DNA from: Cyanidioschyzon merolae
Lineage: Eukaryota
Direction: 5' to 3' (one strand)
Length of the DNA: 64,000 nt
NCBI GenBank assembly: GCA_000091205.1
Contig: AP006491.2
Positions 18,446 through 28,626 of the stretch are shown here, one piece after another. Both the position numbers and the translations under genes were made by a program. The notes beneath the pieces were generated by a model. That model was not told the DNA's origin. It saw nothing but the letters and a program-made list of their open reading frames with translations, and searched no databases. Position 1 is the stretch's first letter, and the number at the start of each line of letters is the position of its first letter.

Positions 18446-21367
18446 TCACAAACAGCGCAACAGCCAGTGCAGGTCAAAGAGCGTCAACCTCGGTTGACGC
18501 ATTACATCTGGATCCCCACCAAGCACATTCTGATAAAGCGCTCTCTTCTCATGCTGAAGCTGCATGACACGTTCTTCGACGGTATCACGCACTACCAGCC
18601 GAATTACTTGCACAGACCTCTTTTGGCCCAGCCGATACACGCGATGAATCGCCTGCTCCTCCACAGCAGGGTTCCACCACGGATCCACCAGCACCACATG
18701 ATTCGCTTCCGTCAGATTGAGGCCAACCCCGCCAGCGCCCAGAGACATGAGCAAAATCGGATACTCAGGACGCTTGAATAGCGAAAGATTCAGCTCCCGT
18801 TCCTCCGGACGCATCGATCCATCGAGACGACAAACAGCTTGACCACGCGCCGTCAAGACATCTTCGCATATATCAAGAAAGCTCGGCCATTGGGAGAATA
18901 CAATCCACTTCTCGGTCGGCGCCTGGATACGACCCTGATCCAGCAGGGCCATCAGCGTGCGCAGCTTGCTCGACGATGAGCCTCCGTCGTGCGTCGAGTC
19001 GCGCAGCGCAATCGCCGTCCAGGCACGGATCAGCGCTTCCAGAAGCGTCGCGCGCCTCGCTGTCTCCGGCGCGCTGGCATCGCGTTGGTGCCAGGCCCTC
19101 GGGGCGTGTCCGTTGTCCTGCACGCAGGCTGCAGCCTCCGTGCAGGACGCATCCGGAACCTGCGCAGGGGCGTCGCACATCGAGTCGATCTCAACGTGTC
19201 CGGATCCGGATGCGACAGCGCCTCGATCCGGTGCGTCGGGGCCTTGCAGTACTGCGCTGCGAGCTTGCTGCTCCTGCATGCTGCTATCCGCGGTGCACGG
19301 AGCGGTCCGCAGACGCTCTACGTACGACTTCAACAGGGTATAGTGATCACAGATTTGTCTGAGTCGCGTGATCAGGACGAACGTGTTCACGAAACTGGAT
19401 GGATTCGCGTCGTTGGTCGAGAGATCTCGGAGAAGTTCGCGGCCAACGGACTCCATGCATTCGTAGAGATGCCGTTCGGCTGGCGAAAAGTCCACGTACT
19501 CGACGGTGTCGTGGCGCGGCTCTAGTTCGAGGATCGGTCGGCCATTGACAGTGTCGTCGCGGCAGCGGCGCAGAAGCACGGGGCACAGCAAGCGACCGAG
19601 AGAACCGGCGGCCTCTGTGTGGTCCACGTTGTCGGCAGTGCCCGAGACACTGCTCAAGATCCGCGAGTAAGCCTTCATGCTGGAACATGCCGGATGACGC
19701 AAAAATAGCAGCAACGCCAGCACGTCATGTACATTGTTCTGGACAGGGGTTCCAGTGAGGCACCATCTGGAGCGAGCTTCGACAAGGCAAGCCGAACGGG
19801 ATACCCGGGAGTTCACGTTCCGGATGTTATGCGCTTCGTCAAGAATCACGCGATACCATCGGTACTGAAACAGGGGTCCAGCGCTGCGCAGAATCTGTTC
19901 TTTTTCTGGGCTCAACTGGGGGCTCTCCGCGCACAGCACAGCATACGTCGTGAGGACGATATCCGCGCACCCCAACTGAGGCCGGAGATCAGCTCGATTG
20001 GATCCATGGTAGACGACAACGCTGGGTCCGAGGCCCTGCACGGTGCTCTTCCGAATTTCCTGCGACCACTGTCGCAGAAGCGATAACGGGCACACAACCA
20101 ACGTCGCCGGTGAAGATGCTGGCGCCTCTCGCATGTCTGCGTCAGCTTTGTTCAGTAAAATGAGAGATATCGCAGTGAGCGTTTTGCCCAGACCAGGTTC
20201 ATCGGCGAGAATCCCGCCCGCAGGGGTCGTCGGCGATCTCTCCCGCTCTCTGGCGATCATCCATGCTACTGCCTGACGCTGGTGTTCGAGAAGCTCGAGG
20301 CCCGGCGTAAACGCCACCGGGGTTCGTACGGCAGACGCGCTCCTCTTCGATTCGATCCAGGTATTCGGGTCCGCATCCAGCGCTCGATGACTCGCGACCA
20401 GCATCGACGCTCGGGGCACCGGGTCGGAAGCATCTCTGGGGTCCGCGCACGACATTTCCGATGCGTCCATCAGCGGCCGGTTTTCTGGCGTGAACAGGAC
20501 ATCACGGTCAGCAGCGGATGCACCAAGCTCCCTGCGTTCAAAGGTACCCGCTCGATGCTCATTCGCTATGAGCGATGTTTGTTGGATGCCTCGGCGCGCG
20601 CGCATGCCGTTGCCAACATAGAATGCTTTGCCGCGACGTCTACGACTCCGACCATGATCACAACTTTCTTGGTCAACAAGTTCAAGCGAAGGCGAGCTTT
20701 CCCATGACTTGGATTCCTCCTCGTCGACCGCAAGCGCTGCAAATCGTTCCAGGTACGCATCCGCGAGCGTTACTGCGCTTTCGGACGCGCACTCACAGCG
20801 CTGTATCGCCAAGCTGCCAGCAGGTGCCGCACGCAGTCCCAGACGCGTCAACTCCATGGCGATTTGGTCGCTGCTCAAAGAGGTGCGTGTATGTTGCCGC
20901 TCGGGGGTGAGCGTACCGCCATGCATTCCAGGGTACTCGCGAAGAAGCTCGTCAGTCGTTGTTGTTGTCGCAATTGAAGAGCCAGTCGATGGGCAATCAT
21001 CAATGTCAACCTCATCCATTGGACTGGGCGAATCGTATTCAATCCGTTGGGCGGCGCTGGTGCACGCCGGATCCCCGCGCAGACAGCCGCATATGTCGGG
21101 CTCCGGCAGGTCCACATGCGCACTCTTCACGCTACGGCAAGCGTTCCTACTGCTTCTGCTGACGGTGTTGTTCTTTGGTGCTCGGCACTGCGTCATCGTG
21201 CGGGTTCCAGGGAAAGGAGTCGCTGCTTCAGGTTTCCGTGGGATTCCGACGTTCAACTCCCTTTCCTCGGTGGTGCTCTCTGGCAGCTCCAGCACCACCA
21301 AGTCGCTTTCTGAGCTCTCTCCAGACGAGATCTCGACGACCAAACTATCTGAACCAGTTTTTTCCAT
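18446..21367 (-). CDS. SNF2-family DNA-dependent ATPase/helicase
   Basis: 973 aa. Motif I ILADEPGLGKT, motif II (DEAH box) ILDEAHNIRN and motif III WCLTGTPVQNN are present. A C-terminal helicase-C region (LVDPWWNPAVEEQAIHRVYRLGQKRSVQVIRLVVRDTVEERV) follows. The N-terminal 300 aa are low-complexity. No RING finger is seen between the lobes. Confidence 0.85.
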   Translation of the reverse strand: MEKTGSDSLVVEISSGESSESDLVVLELPESTTEERELNVGIPRKPEAATPFPGTRTMTQCRAPKNNTVSRSSRNACRSVKSAHVDLPEPDICGCLRGDPACTSAAQRIEYDSPSPMDEVDIDDCPSTGSSIATTTTTDELLREYPGMHGGTLTPERQHTRTSLSSDQIAMELTRLGLRAAPAGSLAIQRCECASESAVTLADAYLERFAALAVDEEESKSWESSPSLELVDQESCDHGRSRRRRGKAFYVGNGMRARRGIQQTSLIANEHRAGTFERRELGASAADRDVLFTPENRPLMDASEMSCADPRDASDPVPRASMLVASHRALDADPNTWIESKRSASAVRTPVAFTPGLELLEHQRQAVAWMIARERERSPTTPAGGILADEPGLGKTLTAISLILLNKADADMREAPASSPATLVVCPLSLLRQWSQEIRKSTVQGLGPSVVVYHGSNRADLRPQLGCADIVLTTYAVLCAESPQLSPEKEQILRSAGPLFQYRWYRVILDEAHNIRNVNSRVSRSACLVEARSRWCLTGTPVQNNVHDVLALLLFLRHPACSSMKAYSRILSSVSGTADNVDHTEAAGSLGRLLCPVLLRRCRDDTVNGRPILELEPRHDTVEYVDFSPAERHLYECMESVGRELLRDLSTNDANPSSFVNTFVLITRLRQICDHYTLLKSYVERLRTAPCTADSSMQEQQARSAVLQGPDAPDRGAVASGSGHVEIDSMCDAPAQVPDASCTEAAACVQDNGHAPRAWHQRDASAPETARRATLLEALIRAWTAIALRDSTHDGGSSSSKLRTLMALLDQGRIQAPTEKWIVFSQWPSFLDICEDVLTARGQAVCRLDGSMRPEERELNLSLFKRPEYPILLMSLGAGGVGLNLTEANHVVLVDPWWNPAVEEQAIHRVYRLGQKRSVQVIRLVVRDTVEERVMQLQHEKRALYQNVLGGDPDVMRQPRLTLFDLHWLLRCL

Positions 21368-22244
21368 TTCGATGGTAGCTTCACCACCAGATTGCCGTTT
21401 TGCTATACACGCTCGCGACTCGGTACGTCGTGTGCCAGGGACGGCACCTTTGCGAAACGTTAACCGCAGCGTGTGCCCCTGCAGGCGTCTTCGCCTCGGC
21501 TTCGGCCGTCGCGACTGTACGCGACAGCCTCAACTGCGGTGCGCCTTGCACTCGTCAAGAACGTGGCAGTCAAGCGTTGTCAGATTCGCTGGAACTGACG
21601 CTCCGGCTAAGCTGAACAGTGCGCGCAGCGGTCCACAGTGGAGACCGCAGCGGGCCACGCAAACGTTCAGAAACTTTATTTTCTTCCACGCCGTCGTTAT
21701 CGCAGCTCTTTCGGTGCAGAGGTTCCTCCAGCGTCTCCTATCGGTCAATCAATGCTCTGGATACAATAAACCCTCTTTCAAGCACTTTTGCGAGAAACAT
21801 TGGCGTGCTCCTCGCGAGCCCCTGTTCCGGCCAAGGATCGCTGAGACGCATCGCGATTCAGTAACGGATCGCTTGGCTGCGGCGCTAGCGGGAGCCGCAT
21901 GCAGCCGCCGTTTTGCCGTTGATGGGCAGGCGCGCGCCACGTGGACGGCGGATTCGCTGGGCGCAGGCGTGGCTCCAGCCATACCGGTTATCGATCGCTT
22001 GAGAGCGGGGGCGCGCGCTGCGGCAAGCGCGACCGGCTGCAGGAACTGAAGCCAGATCTCGCGGCGTCGGAAAGCCGCTGCAACGAAGTGCATTCGCGGG
22101 GCCCTGCGTCGGAGGCGCTCTGGCTTCGCGCTGGCCGCGGAGCGATCATCGCGCGGGTGCGCCCGTACGGCTCCCCGCCAGTCGCCTTATGCGGTGTGAC
22201 GCACCCGCAATATCTGGCTGACAGCGCGTACCGATGCTGCCCAC

Positions 22245-24146
22245 GTGACGGCGTCGTTTGCATCGACGAAGAGCGGCAAGAGTTATCCCGACTGGAAGCG
22301 CGATTATAGTCGTTCACAGGAAATGCGTTTGCAGCGAGAAGCTGCTCAGCTTGACGAAGAGGTTGTTTCTGTGGACTGCCTTGGTGATCCCGGCCTGGAA
22401 CCCGAAGCCGCATCACAGCCGACGCTGGCGATGGATGCACCTCCGACCTCAAGTAACGCGCCGGGACGTTCGCAGCGAGCTTCTCACCGCGTCCAGGAAA
22501 CTCCGGGGTCGCTTGCAGGTGCTTCATCAGGGTTTCAAGACGCTTTTTCGGGTTCAGAGCCGCAATCTCTATCGGCAAGTGTGGGTTTAGTGGAAACCGC
22601 GGAGTATGGGCAGGGGTCGAACAGCGTGACATGGCGGTGGCGGTTCCTCGCCGACGTCACTGCACAACCGCCGGACTGCGCCGAGCGCGTTACGCCGAGT
22701 GTTGTGTACTCCGACCTGACAGAACAGACGCCTAGCTGCAGATCATCGCTCGATCGCGAACGCTCGATAGATTTTTTGTTGGGGTCTTGCGGTACTGTAG
22801 AGGCCGAGGGTTTCGCGCACATCAAGGTAATCGACTCAGAAGATGAACGCGAGATCGCTCAGAGACGGTTGCAAATGAAGGAGTTACAGCGTTCGACGAA
22901 GCGCTGTTGGTCGACTGCTCCCTGCGACGCGGATCACGTCATCGAGGAGCCCCTCGCAACGATGACGCCCGTCGCCTCCCAGAAGCAGGCGTCGATGTTG
23001 CATTCGGCGGGGTGCTCGGCGCTCTGCACGCCGCACAAACGGCGCTCTCTGCGGAAGAAAGAGGCGAGCTGTTCAGGAGATTTCCGGTCCTTCAGTAGAA
23101 AACAGCTGCGGCCGCGCTCCACCGGTCAGGCTGCCCGAAGGCTCACGATCGATGCCCTACCAGCGGACGTTTTGGCGCTGGTGTTCCGCCATCTGAAGCT
23201 TTTGCCAGATCTGAGCCTGCACTCGTCCATGGTGAACAGGTCGTGGCGTGAAGTAGCCATGGATCCGCGACTTTGGCGAGAAGTTGACTTTGAACATTAC
23301 GAAAGGGTGAATGACGACGTCGTGTTGAACTACACTAGGCGCGCGCAAGGGCGGGTGAGCCTTCTGGACTTGTCCAAATGCCATCAGGTTTCCAATGCAA
23401 CCATCATACAGGTGGTTCGGGAGAATCGCCATCTTCGCACCATCCGCTTAGCTTGGTGTAACTCAGTGACTGATGCTGTGGTCGTTGAGATTGCGAAATG
23501 TTGCAATGAGTTGCAGGAGATCGTCCTCGCATGTTGTGTGCACGTGACCGGAGTCGCCATCGACGCCCTGGCCGAGCACTGTCCATCATTGAAAGTGGTG
23601 AACCTCGCCTGTCTCGGTAAGATAGAGTCGCAATCGCTTGTCAGGCTCTTTCGAAGATGCGGCAGTCTCGAGCAGCTCCATATCGTGAATGCTGCGGCTG
23701 TCGATGATCGCATCGTGGCACTGATGGCACGACGCTTGCCGCGCCTCAAGTACCTGGATCTCTCGTGGTGCGCACACGTCACTGACGAAGCAGTTTACCG
23801 CCTAGCCAGATACTGTCGCGATCTGGAACATCTCGAGTTGGGCGATACGAAAGTATCGTCACATGGGGCGCGAATGCTTCTGCGTTGCTGCCGCAAACTT
23901 AAGGTCTTAAGTTTACCACGGTGCGTTTTCATCGATGACGAACTTATTCACGCTATCCTCGCTTTCGCGGCAGATCGTTTGGAATCGTTGAATGTTGCCT
24001 CTTGTAACCGAGTGAGTGACGACGCATTGCAGCTTCTCGTAGAGCAGTGTACAAACTTGTGCAAGCTCGACGTCTCGAAATTGCCATGTCGTCAGCTGGG
24101 TGGCATCCTGCGCAGGGCAAGCTCGCATCTAGAGATTTTTTACTGA
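22245..24146 (+). CDS. F-box / leucine-rich-repeat protein (FBXL-type SCF substrate adaptor) with a disordered N-terminal half
   Basis: 633 aa. The F-box is LPADVLALVFRHLKLLPDLSLHSSMVNRSWREVAMDPRLWREVDF. About 10 cysteine-containing LRRs follow (LDLSKCHQVSNATI...LAWCNSVTDAVV...LACCVHVTGVAI...LSWCAHVTDEAV...). Confidence 0.8.
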   Translation: MTASFASTKSGKSYPDWKRDYSRSQEMRLQREAAQLDEEVVSVDCLGDPGLEPEAASQPTLAMDAPPTSSNAPGRSQRASHRVQETPGSLAGASSGFQDAFSGSEPQSLSASVGLVETAEYGQGSNSVTWRWRFLADVTAQPPDCAERVTPSVVYSDLTEQTPSCRSSLDRERSIDFLLGSCGTVEAEGFAHIKVIDSEDEREIAQRRLQMKELQRSTKRCWSTAPCDADHVIEEPLATMTPVASQKQASMLHSAGCSALCTPHKRRSLRKKEASCSGDFRSFSRKQLRPRSTGQAARRLTIDALPADVLALVFRHLKLLPDLSLHSSMVNRSWREVAMDPRLWREVDFEHYERVNDDVVLNYTRRAQGRVSLLDLSKCHQVSNATIIQVVRENRHLRTIRLAWCNSVTDAVVVEIAKCCNELQEIVLACCVHVTGVAIDALAEHCPSLKVVNLACLGKIESQSLVRLFRRCGSLEQLHIVNAAAVDDRIVALMARRLPRLKYLDLSWCAHVTDEAVYRLARYCRDLEHLELGDTKVSSHGARMLLRCCRKLKVLSLPRCVFIDDELIHAILAFAADRLESLNVASCNRVSDDALQLLVEQCTNLCKLDVSKLPCRQLGGILRRASSHLEIFY

Positions 24147-25343
24147 AGTAGATTGGTCATGCACCCTGAATCACGGCGATGAGCCTCGACAACCTGCCGG
24201 CCGATCGGCATTCCGCACCACAGCGTTCCGTTCTTGACGTCGAGGCACTCAGCTGCTCTGCGCTTCGCTCAACTGCATTCGCTCCAACAAGCGTAAATAC
24301 TCGGCACCATTCCCTGAAAACATCACAAGTACATTCGCGCACCTATTGCAGGTCATTTTGAAGGTGTTCGCCCACCTGTGCGTCGTACGCGAAGCTTAAG
24401 ATAACGTCGAAAGACCGGCGCCCTGCGCGACGAACCCGCGCTTCAAGCACCAACGCTGGGAGAATGGTGACCACCCGTTGGACCGCGTTCACGCAGGGGC
24501 ACCGGCGTGCGCTCTCAAGTCGCCGCGAGCACGCTGGAGTGCGCCTACGATTAACGTCACCTTGGAATGCGTGCGGTGCTTTTTCTGTCCCCTGATACGT
24601 GCGAGAAGCAAAGCGCCATGCAGCAATTATTCGTTCGAAGGAGACGCATTCAATCGATGGTAGCCTGGTGGACCCACTGACCCACTCCATGGAATCTTCC
24701 GTGGATTCGCGCTTTCCGAAAAAACTCGCTTTTTACAATGCGAGCATTCGCAACAAGATGCGTTGCTTTCGCAACGCCTCCACGCGGCACGCATGCAATC
24801 ACGGCACGGATGAAGCAGCAAGTCCGGGCGAAACGCGGGAAACGATCATCACGCCGCGGGAAGGGCATCGTGAATGCGTGCACGGGAGCGATCGGCGCCT
24901 GCTGTCGGTGACTCGGACGCATTCGCATCCATGCATCCACGATGCGCCTCTGCACCGTGCACTACGTCGACGTGAAACCAGCACGCACCCCGTTGGTAGG
25001 ACTAGATATCTTCAAGGGAATGGATGCCGAATACGGTCATCGCTAGCAACATTATTGGGTTCGCTCCGAACTCAGTTTGAACACAATGATAATGTTCCCT
25101 GAGGGCTGCCAGCGGCAGCGGCCAGGTTCTCGGCGTCTTCGTGTCCTGCAGCACCTCGATACGGGGTGCTTCGTCAGAGCACACCGGAAGGCGCGCCCTT
25201 GCAGGCATGCAACGCAAACATCAACGAAAGCTTCCGATGCTGAGCAACTGCAACTCGGACACTGCACCCCATGCGTGCATGCTATCAACAGATCCACCAT
25301 TTTCGTCAAACGCACGGCGTGCGGACGCATGGTACACTCCAGC

Positions 25344-25850
25344 TCAAGAGGTCTCCGCTAGTGCGAGTACCTCGCGGCTCCGCCACACATCCTGAGCTGA
25401 AAATGGAACCCCGAGGCTTTCCAAGCGTTTCTCCAGCTTCCTTCTTCGGCAGCAGTTGCTCTGCGCAGCGCCAACAGCAGCCTGATCACGGAGAAAGCGC
25501 TGCCGTTCCACAACCCGAGTGGACACCGGTCGCGATCGCTGCAGCACTCGGAGACGTGCGGCCCGGTGTAGTCGTTCTGGGGGAAGCTCGCGCACCACGA
25601 GGCGTCTTCCAAACAGCAAGTACCCGTCCATAGTTTCCGCTACAATATGAGCCACTTTTGCGTCATCAAAGTGCACAAAAGCATACCCCCGAGAACGACA
25701 CGTTCGGCGGCTTCGTGCCAAGAACACGTGACGTACACGTCCGAACTGCGAGAAGAAGCCTTTCATCTGGCTTTCGTAAAAACCGTGCGGTATGTGACCT
25801 ATGTACAGTACACCTCCGTGGACCCGATGCCTCCGCTTCGTGGGTGCCAT
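25344..25850 (-). CDS. RRM protein homologous to NIFK / Nop15 (MKI67 FHA-domain-interacting nucleolar protein)
   Basis: GVLYIGHIPHGFYESQMKGFFSQFGRVRHVFLARSRRTCRSRGYAFVHFDDAKVAHIVAETMDGYLLFGRRLVVRELPPE aligns nearly position-for-position with the human NIFK RRM ([72 protein letters not shown]). The ORF extends to 26084, but Met at 25850 (MAPTKRRHR) is the likely start. Confidence 0.75.
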   Translation of the reverse strand: MAPTKRRHRVHGGVLYIGHIPHGFYESQMKGFFSQFGRVRHVFLARSRRTCRSRGYAFVHFDDAKVAHIVAETMDGYLLFGRRLVVRELPPERLHRAARLRVLQRSRPVSTRVVERQRFLRDQAAVGAAQSNCCRRRKLEKRLESLGVPFSAQDVWRSREVLALAETS

Positions 25851-26217
25851 GTCGAACGTCTCTGTCACAAGGAGAGAACACGCGTCACCGAGACGCCTCC
25901 GTGACGTTTCGTTGCAGCGAAGTAGCCACGTCGACACAGCCGTTCCCAGCAGCGAATGCCTCGCCGGCACACAAGCGCCGCCACCGACGCCGCGGCGTAT
26001 GCGGGTACGCGAAAGCCATCGGCAATGGGCCGTGGGCAGCAGCCTGAACAGCACCTGGCTGCCGCATACGCCGGCCTCCCTCAAAGGTTATGTCGGTAGC
26101 GCAGCTGGACGTCTCCGAAAAGCGAGTAGCCGGGAGCTTTCGTAGACTGGGTGCAGCGTAAACAGTACCAGGCATTCTGCCCGGCAATATGCGCGTTGCC
26201 AAATACTGACTACGCCA

Positions 26218-27444
26218 GTGTGTTTGAAAATGGTTGGTAACCAAGAGAAAGAAGTTGAACGAGACCTCGTTCCATGTAGCGTCCTGGTGGTTGGTTCATC
26301 AAACACCGACTATGTGTTATCGGGACTGAATCGGCTTCCTCAGCTCGGAGAAACGGTGCTTGTACAAGGAGCTAACGTAAGTTTCCGAACCGCGGCCGGA
26401 GGAAAGTCGGCGAACGCCGCTGTCGCTGCGAGCCGGTTCTTTGCAGGTGAAGCTCAGGGCTCCGTCAGCCTCATCACCAGTGTAGGCGAGGACGAGAACG
26501 GTCGCAACGCCCTGCAGAACTATGAGCGCGAAGGCATCTTTGCGGCTCTGAGTAAGCGCTCTCCTAGTGAGGCTTCCGGAATAGCGCTCATTCTCTTATT
26601 GAGCTCCGGCGAGAACGCTATTCTCGTGGCTCCTGGGGCGAACGCGAACCTTCGACCGATGGACTTTGAAGCCACAGCAGTGGACGGGCACGGAGAGGCA
26701 CGCCTCGCAGAACTACGCGCTGCTTCAGTCGTCTTGATGCAGTTGGAAATACCCTATGAAACCGTTCGATGGGTGGCGGATGCGTTGTATGCACCACCGC
26801 TTCCCCGACAAGGGCCAGTGCTGATCGTGAACCTGGCGCCGATGGGATGCGAGTTAACAGAGCCAATGCTCCAGGAGCTCTTCTTCTATGGCCCTATTAT
26901 CGTTGTGAATGAAGTAGAATGTGGCCAGTTGCTGCGTATCCTTTGGGCAAACAGTACGGAGGTACTGGAAGAAACGCTGGAAACTGCAGCGCACGACGAC
27001 TGGCGAACGTGCCTGACGGGCTTGATGGAGCGCGCACCCGCGTTGGCTGCCATAATCCTCACTCGGGGTGCTGCCGGCGCCTGTGCAGTGCACCGTTTCG
27101 GGACGGCGTCTGGAACTGGGTCGACACTTCAGTGGATTCAGGTGGCGGCAGTACTAAGCGTTGGTTCTGCATCAGTCGTCGATACCACTGGGGCAGGTGA
27201 TTGTTTCTGTGGATATTTGGCAGCAGCGCTGGCGCAAATCCTCTACAGACGCTCAGCTCATGCCTCGCGCCATGCAGAGTCGGCAACTGCTTCGCGGAAC
27301 TTGAGTTTAGATGATGCTGATTTTTCGAGAGCGCTGCGCTACGCAACAGCAGCAGCGACGCTATCTGTGACTCGAAAAGGCGCACAGGAGAGCTACCCCA
27401 TGCGACAAGAGGTAGAGCGATTTCTGCGGCTCTGGAAAGACTGA
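26218..27444 (+). CDS. Ribokinase (PfkB carbohydrate kinase family)
   Basis: 408 aa. It has the N-terminal VVGSSNTDYV, a GG motif region GGKSANAAVAASR, and the C-terminal PfkB signature DTTGAGDCFCGYLAAAL. Confidence 0.8.
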   Translation: MCLKMVGNQEKEVERDLVPCSVLVVGSSNTDYVLSGLNRLPQLGETVLVQGANVSFRTAAGGKSANAAVAASRFFAGEAQGSVSLITSVGEDENGRNALQNYEREGIFAALSKRSPSEASGIALILLLSSGENAILVAPGANANLRPMDFEATAVDGHGEARLAELRAASVVLMQLEIPYETVRWVADALYAPPLPRQGPVLIVNLAPMGCELTEPMLQELFFYGPIIVVNEVECGQLLRILWANSTEVLEETLETAAHDDWRTCLTGLMERAPALAAIILTRGAAGACAVHRFGTASGTGSTLQWIQVAAVLSVGSASVVDTTGAGDCFCGYLAAALAQILYRRSAHASRHAESATASRNLSLDDADFSRALRYATAAATLSVTRKGAQESYPMRQEVERFLRLWKD

Positions 27445-27572
27445 CTAGGTAGCATACGCGCACACCGATCATGATCAGAGACCGACCACGTACACCGCTG
27501 TGGAACTGCGCTCTGGTTACCCACTTGACACGATTGGGATCCCATTGACTGCTGCGAGCCCGAGGTTGCAAC

Positions 27573-27840
27573 CCAGAGGACATTGCAATGTGTGCCTAGT
27601 CGCCACGACATGCATTCGCGTGCGGGCCTATGCCCATGATCGGTGAACTGGCTTGCATATGCACAAATTCAAACATTCGATCGACATACTGCCCTTCGGT
27701 ATAGGAAAGGACATTGCAATGTGTGCCTAGTCGCCACGACATGCGTTCGCGTGCGGGCCTATGCCCATGATCGGTGAACTGGCTTGCATATGCACAAATT
27801 CAAACATTCGATCGACATACTGCCTTTCCGCATAGGTTAT
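27573..27840. repeat. Tandem duplication, ~134-137-bp unit x2
   Basis: cattgcaatgtgtgcctagtcgccacgacatgc(a/g)ttcgcgtgcgggcctatgcccatgatcggtgaactggcttgcatatgcacaaattcaaacattcgatcgacatactgcc... is repeated head-to-tail. It lies 3' of ribokinase. Confidence 0.85.
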
Positions 27841-28329
27841 GCGATGGAACCACAAGCATGAAACACAATAGCCCCGCAACGTCATCAAAGGCGGCAGTGC
27901 GCCCTGCGAACGGCTGCTCGCTCTGGCATCTGAGTATCGCAGCACATATTGGGGTCCAAGTGAATGAGCATCACGTGGCTTCATCGTAGCTGCCAGTCAT
28001 CTACGACTTTTTTCTAAAAGCCGCACCTCGCCCCCTTGAAAGTTTGTGACTTTTATGCTTGTCGTGCCCACAAATAGACGGGTGGTGCGTAAACGCCTTT
28101 TTCGCTCCTTGAGACTGTGTGGCGCGAAAGCTACCCAGACCCGCGCCCTCAACGACAATACTTTTGCACCACGGATACGCATAAAACGTGCTATGCGCTC
28201 TTTTACCGGTCTTGCGTGTCGGGAGGAGAGATCTCTTTCTTCGTGCCGCCCCAGTTACGCTCACGTCCCCAGTACCGAGCTACCTGTGGAACGTCCAACG
28301 TTCCAAGCATTTCTGTGAGGAAGTATAGA

Positions 28330-28460
28330 TGGTTGCCGGTGGACCTTGACGGTGGGATGAGATATGATTGACGCTTTCCCGAAACTCAACACCCACCCGT
28401 CTCGCAAGCTGGGATCCATGGTCCATGGAAACGTTTTTTCATCGGAAAAAGCATCACAAG
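28330..28460. repeat. Dispersed repeat family 2, partial inverted copy
   Basis: The reverse complement ...ccatggaccatggatcccagcttgcgagacgggtgggtgttgagtttcgggaaagcgtcaatcat... matches the 5' ~100 bp of the 7080 and 15595 copies (ccatggatcctagattgcgggatgggtattggctttcgggaaagtgtccatcatg). Confidence 0.5.
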
Positions 28461-28626
28461 ATCCAGAATCCCGGATAGGCATCAACGCGGAGCGACGCAC
28501 TCTGCAAAATCAAGAGGAGGCTCGCTTCTGGGTACACATCAGCTGCGTAGACGCTCGGAAGCTGCTAGGATTGGATAGTATCCCTGCCACGGTTCCGCTT
28601 ATGCCCTCATCTAGGTCAAGAATAGA

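Noticed and set aside
18446-21367. A RING finger in the SNF2 protein (Rad5/HLTF/Rad16 type)
   Set aside because: The insert between the ATPase lobes has no C3HC4 cysteine/histidine spacing.
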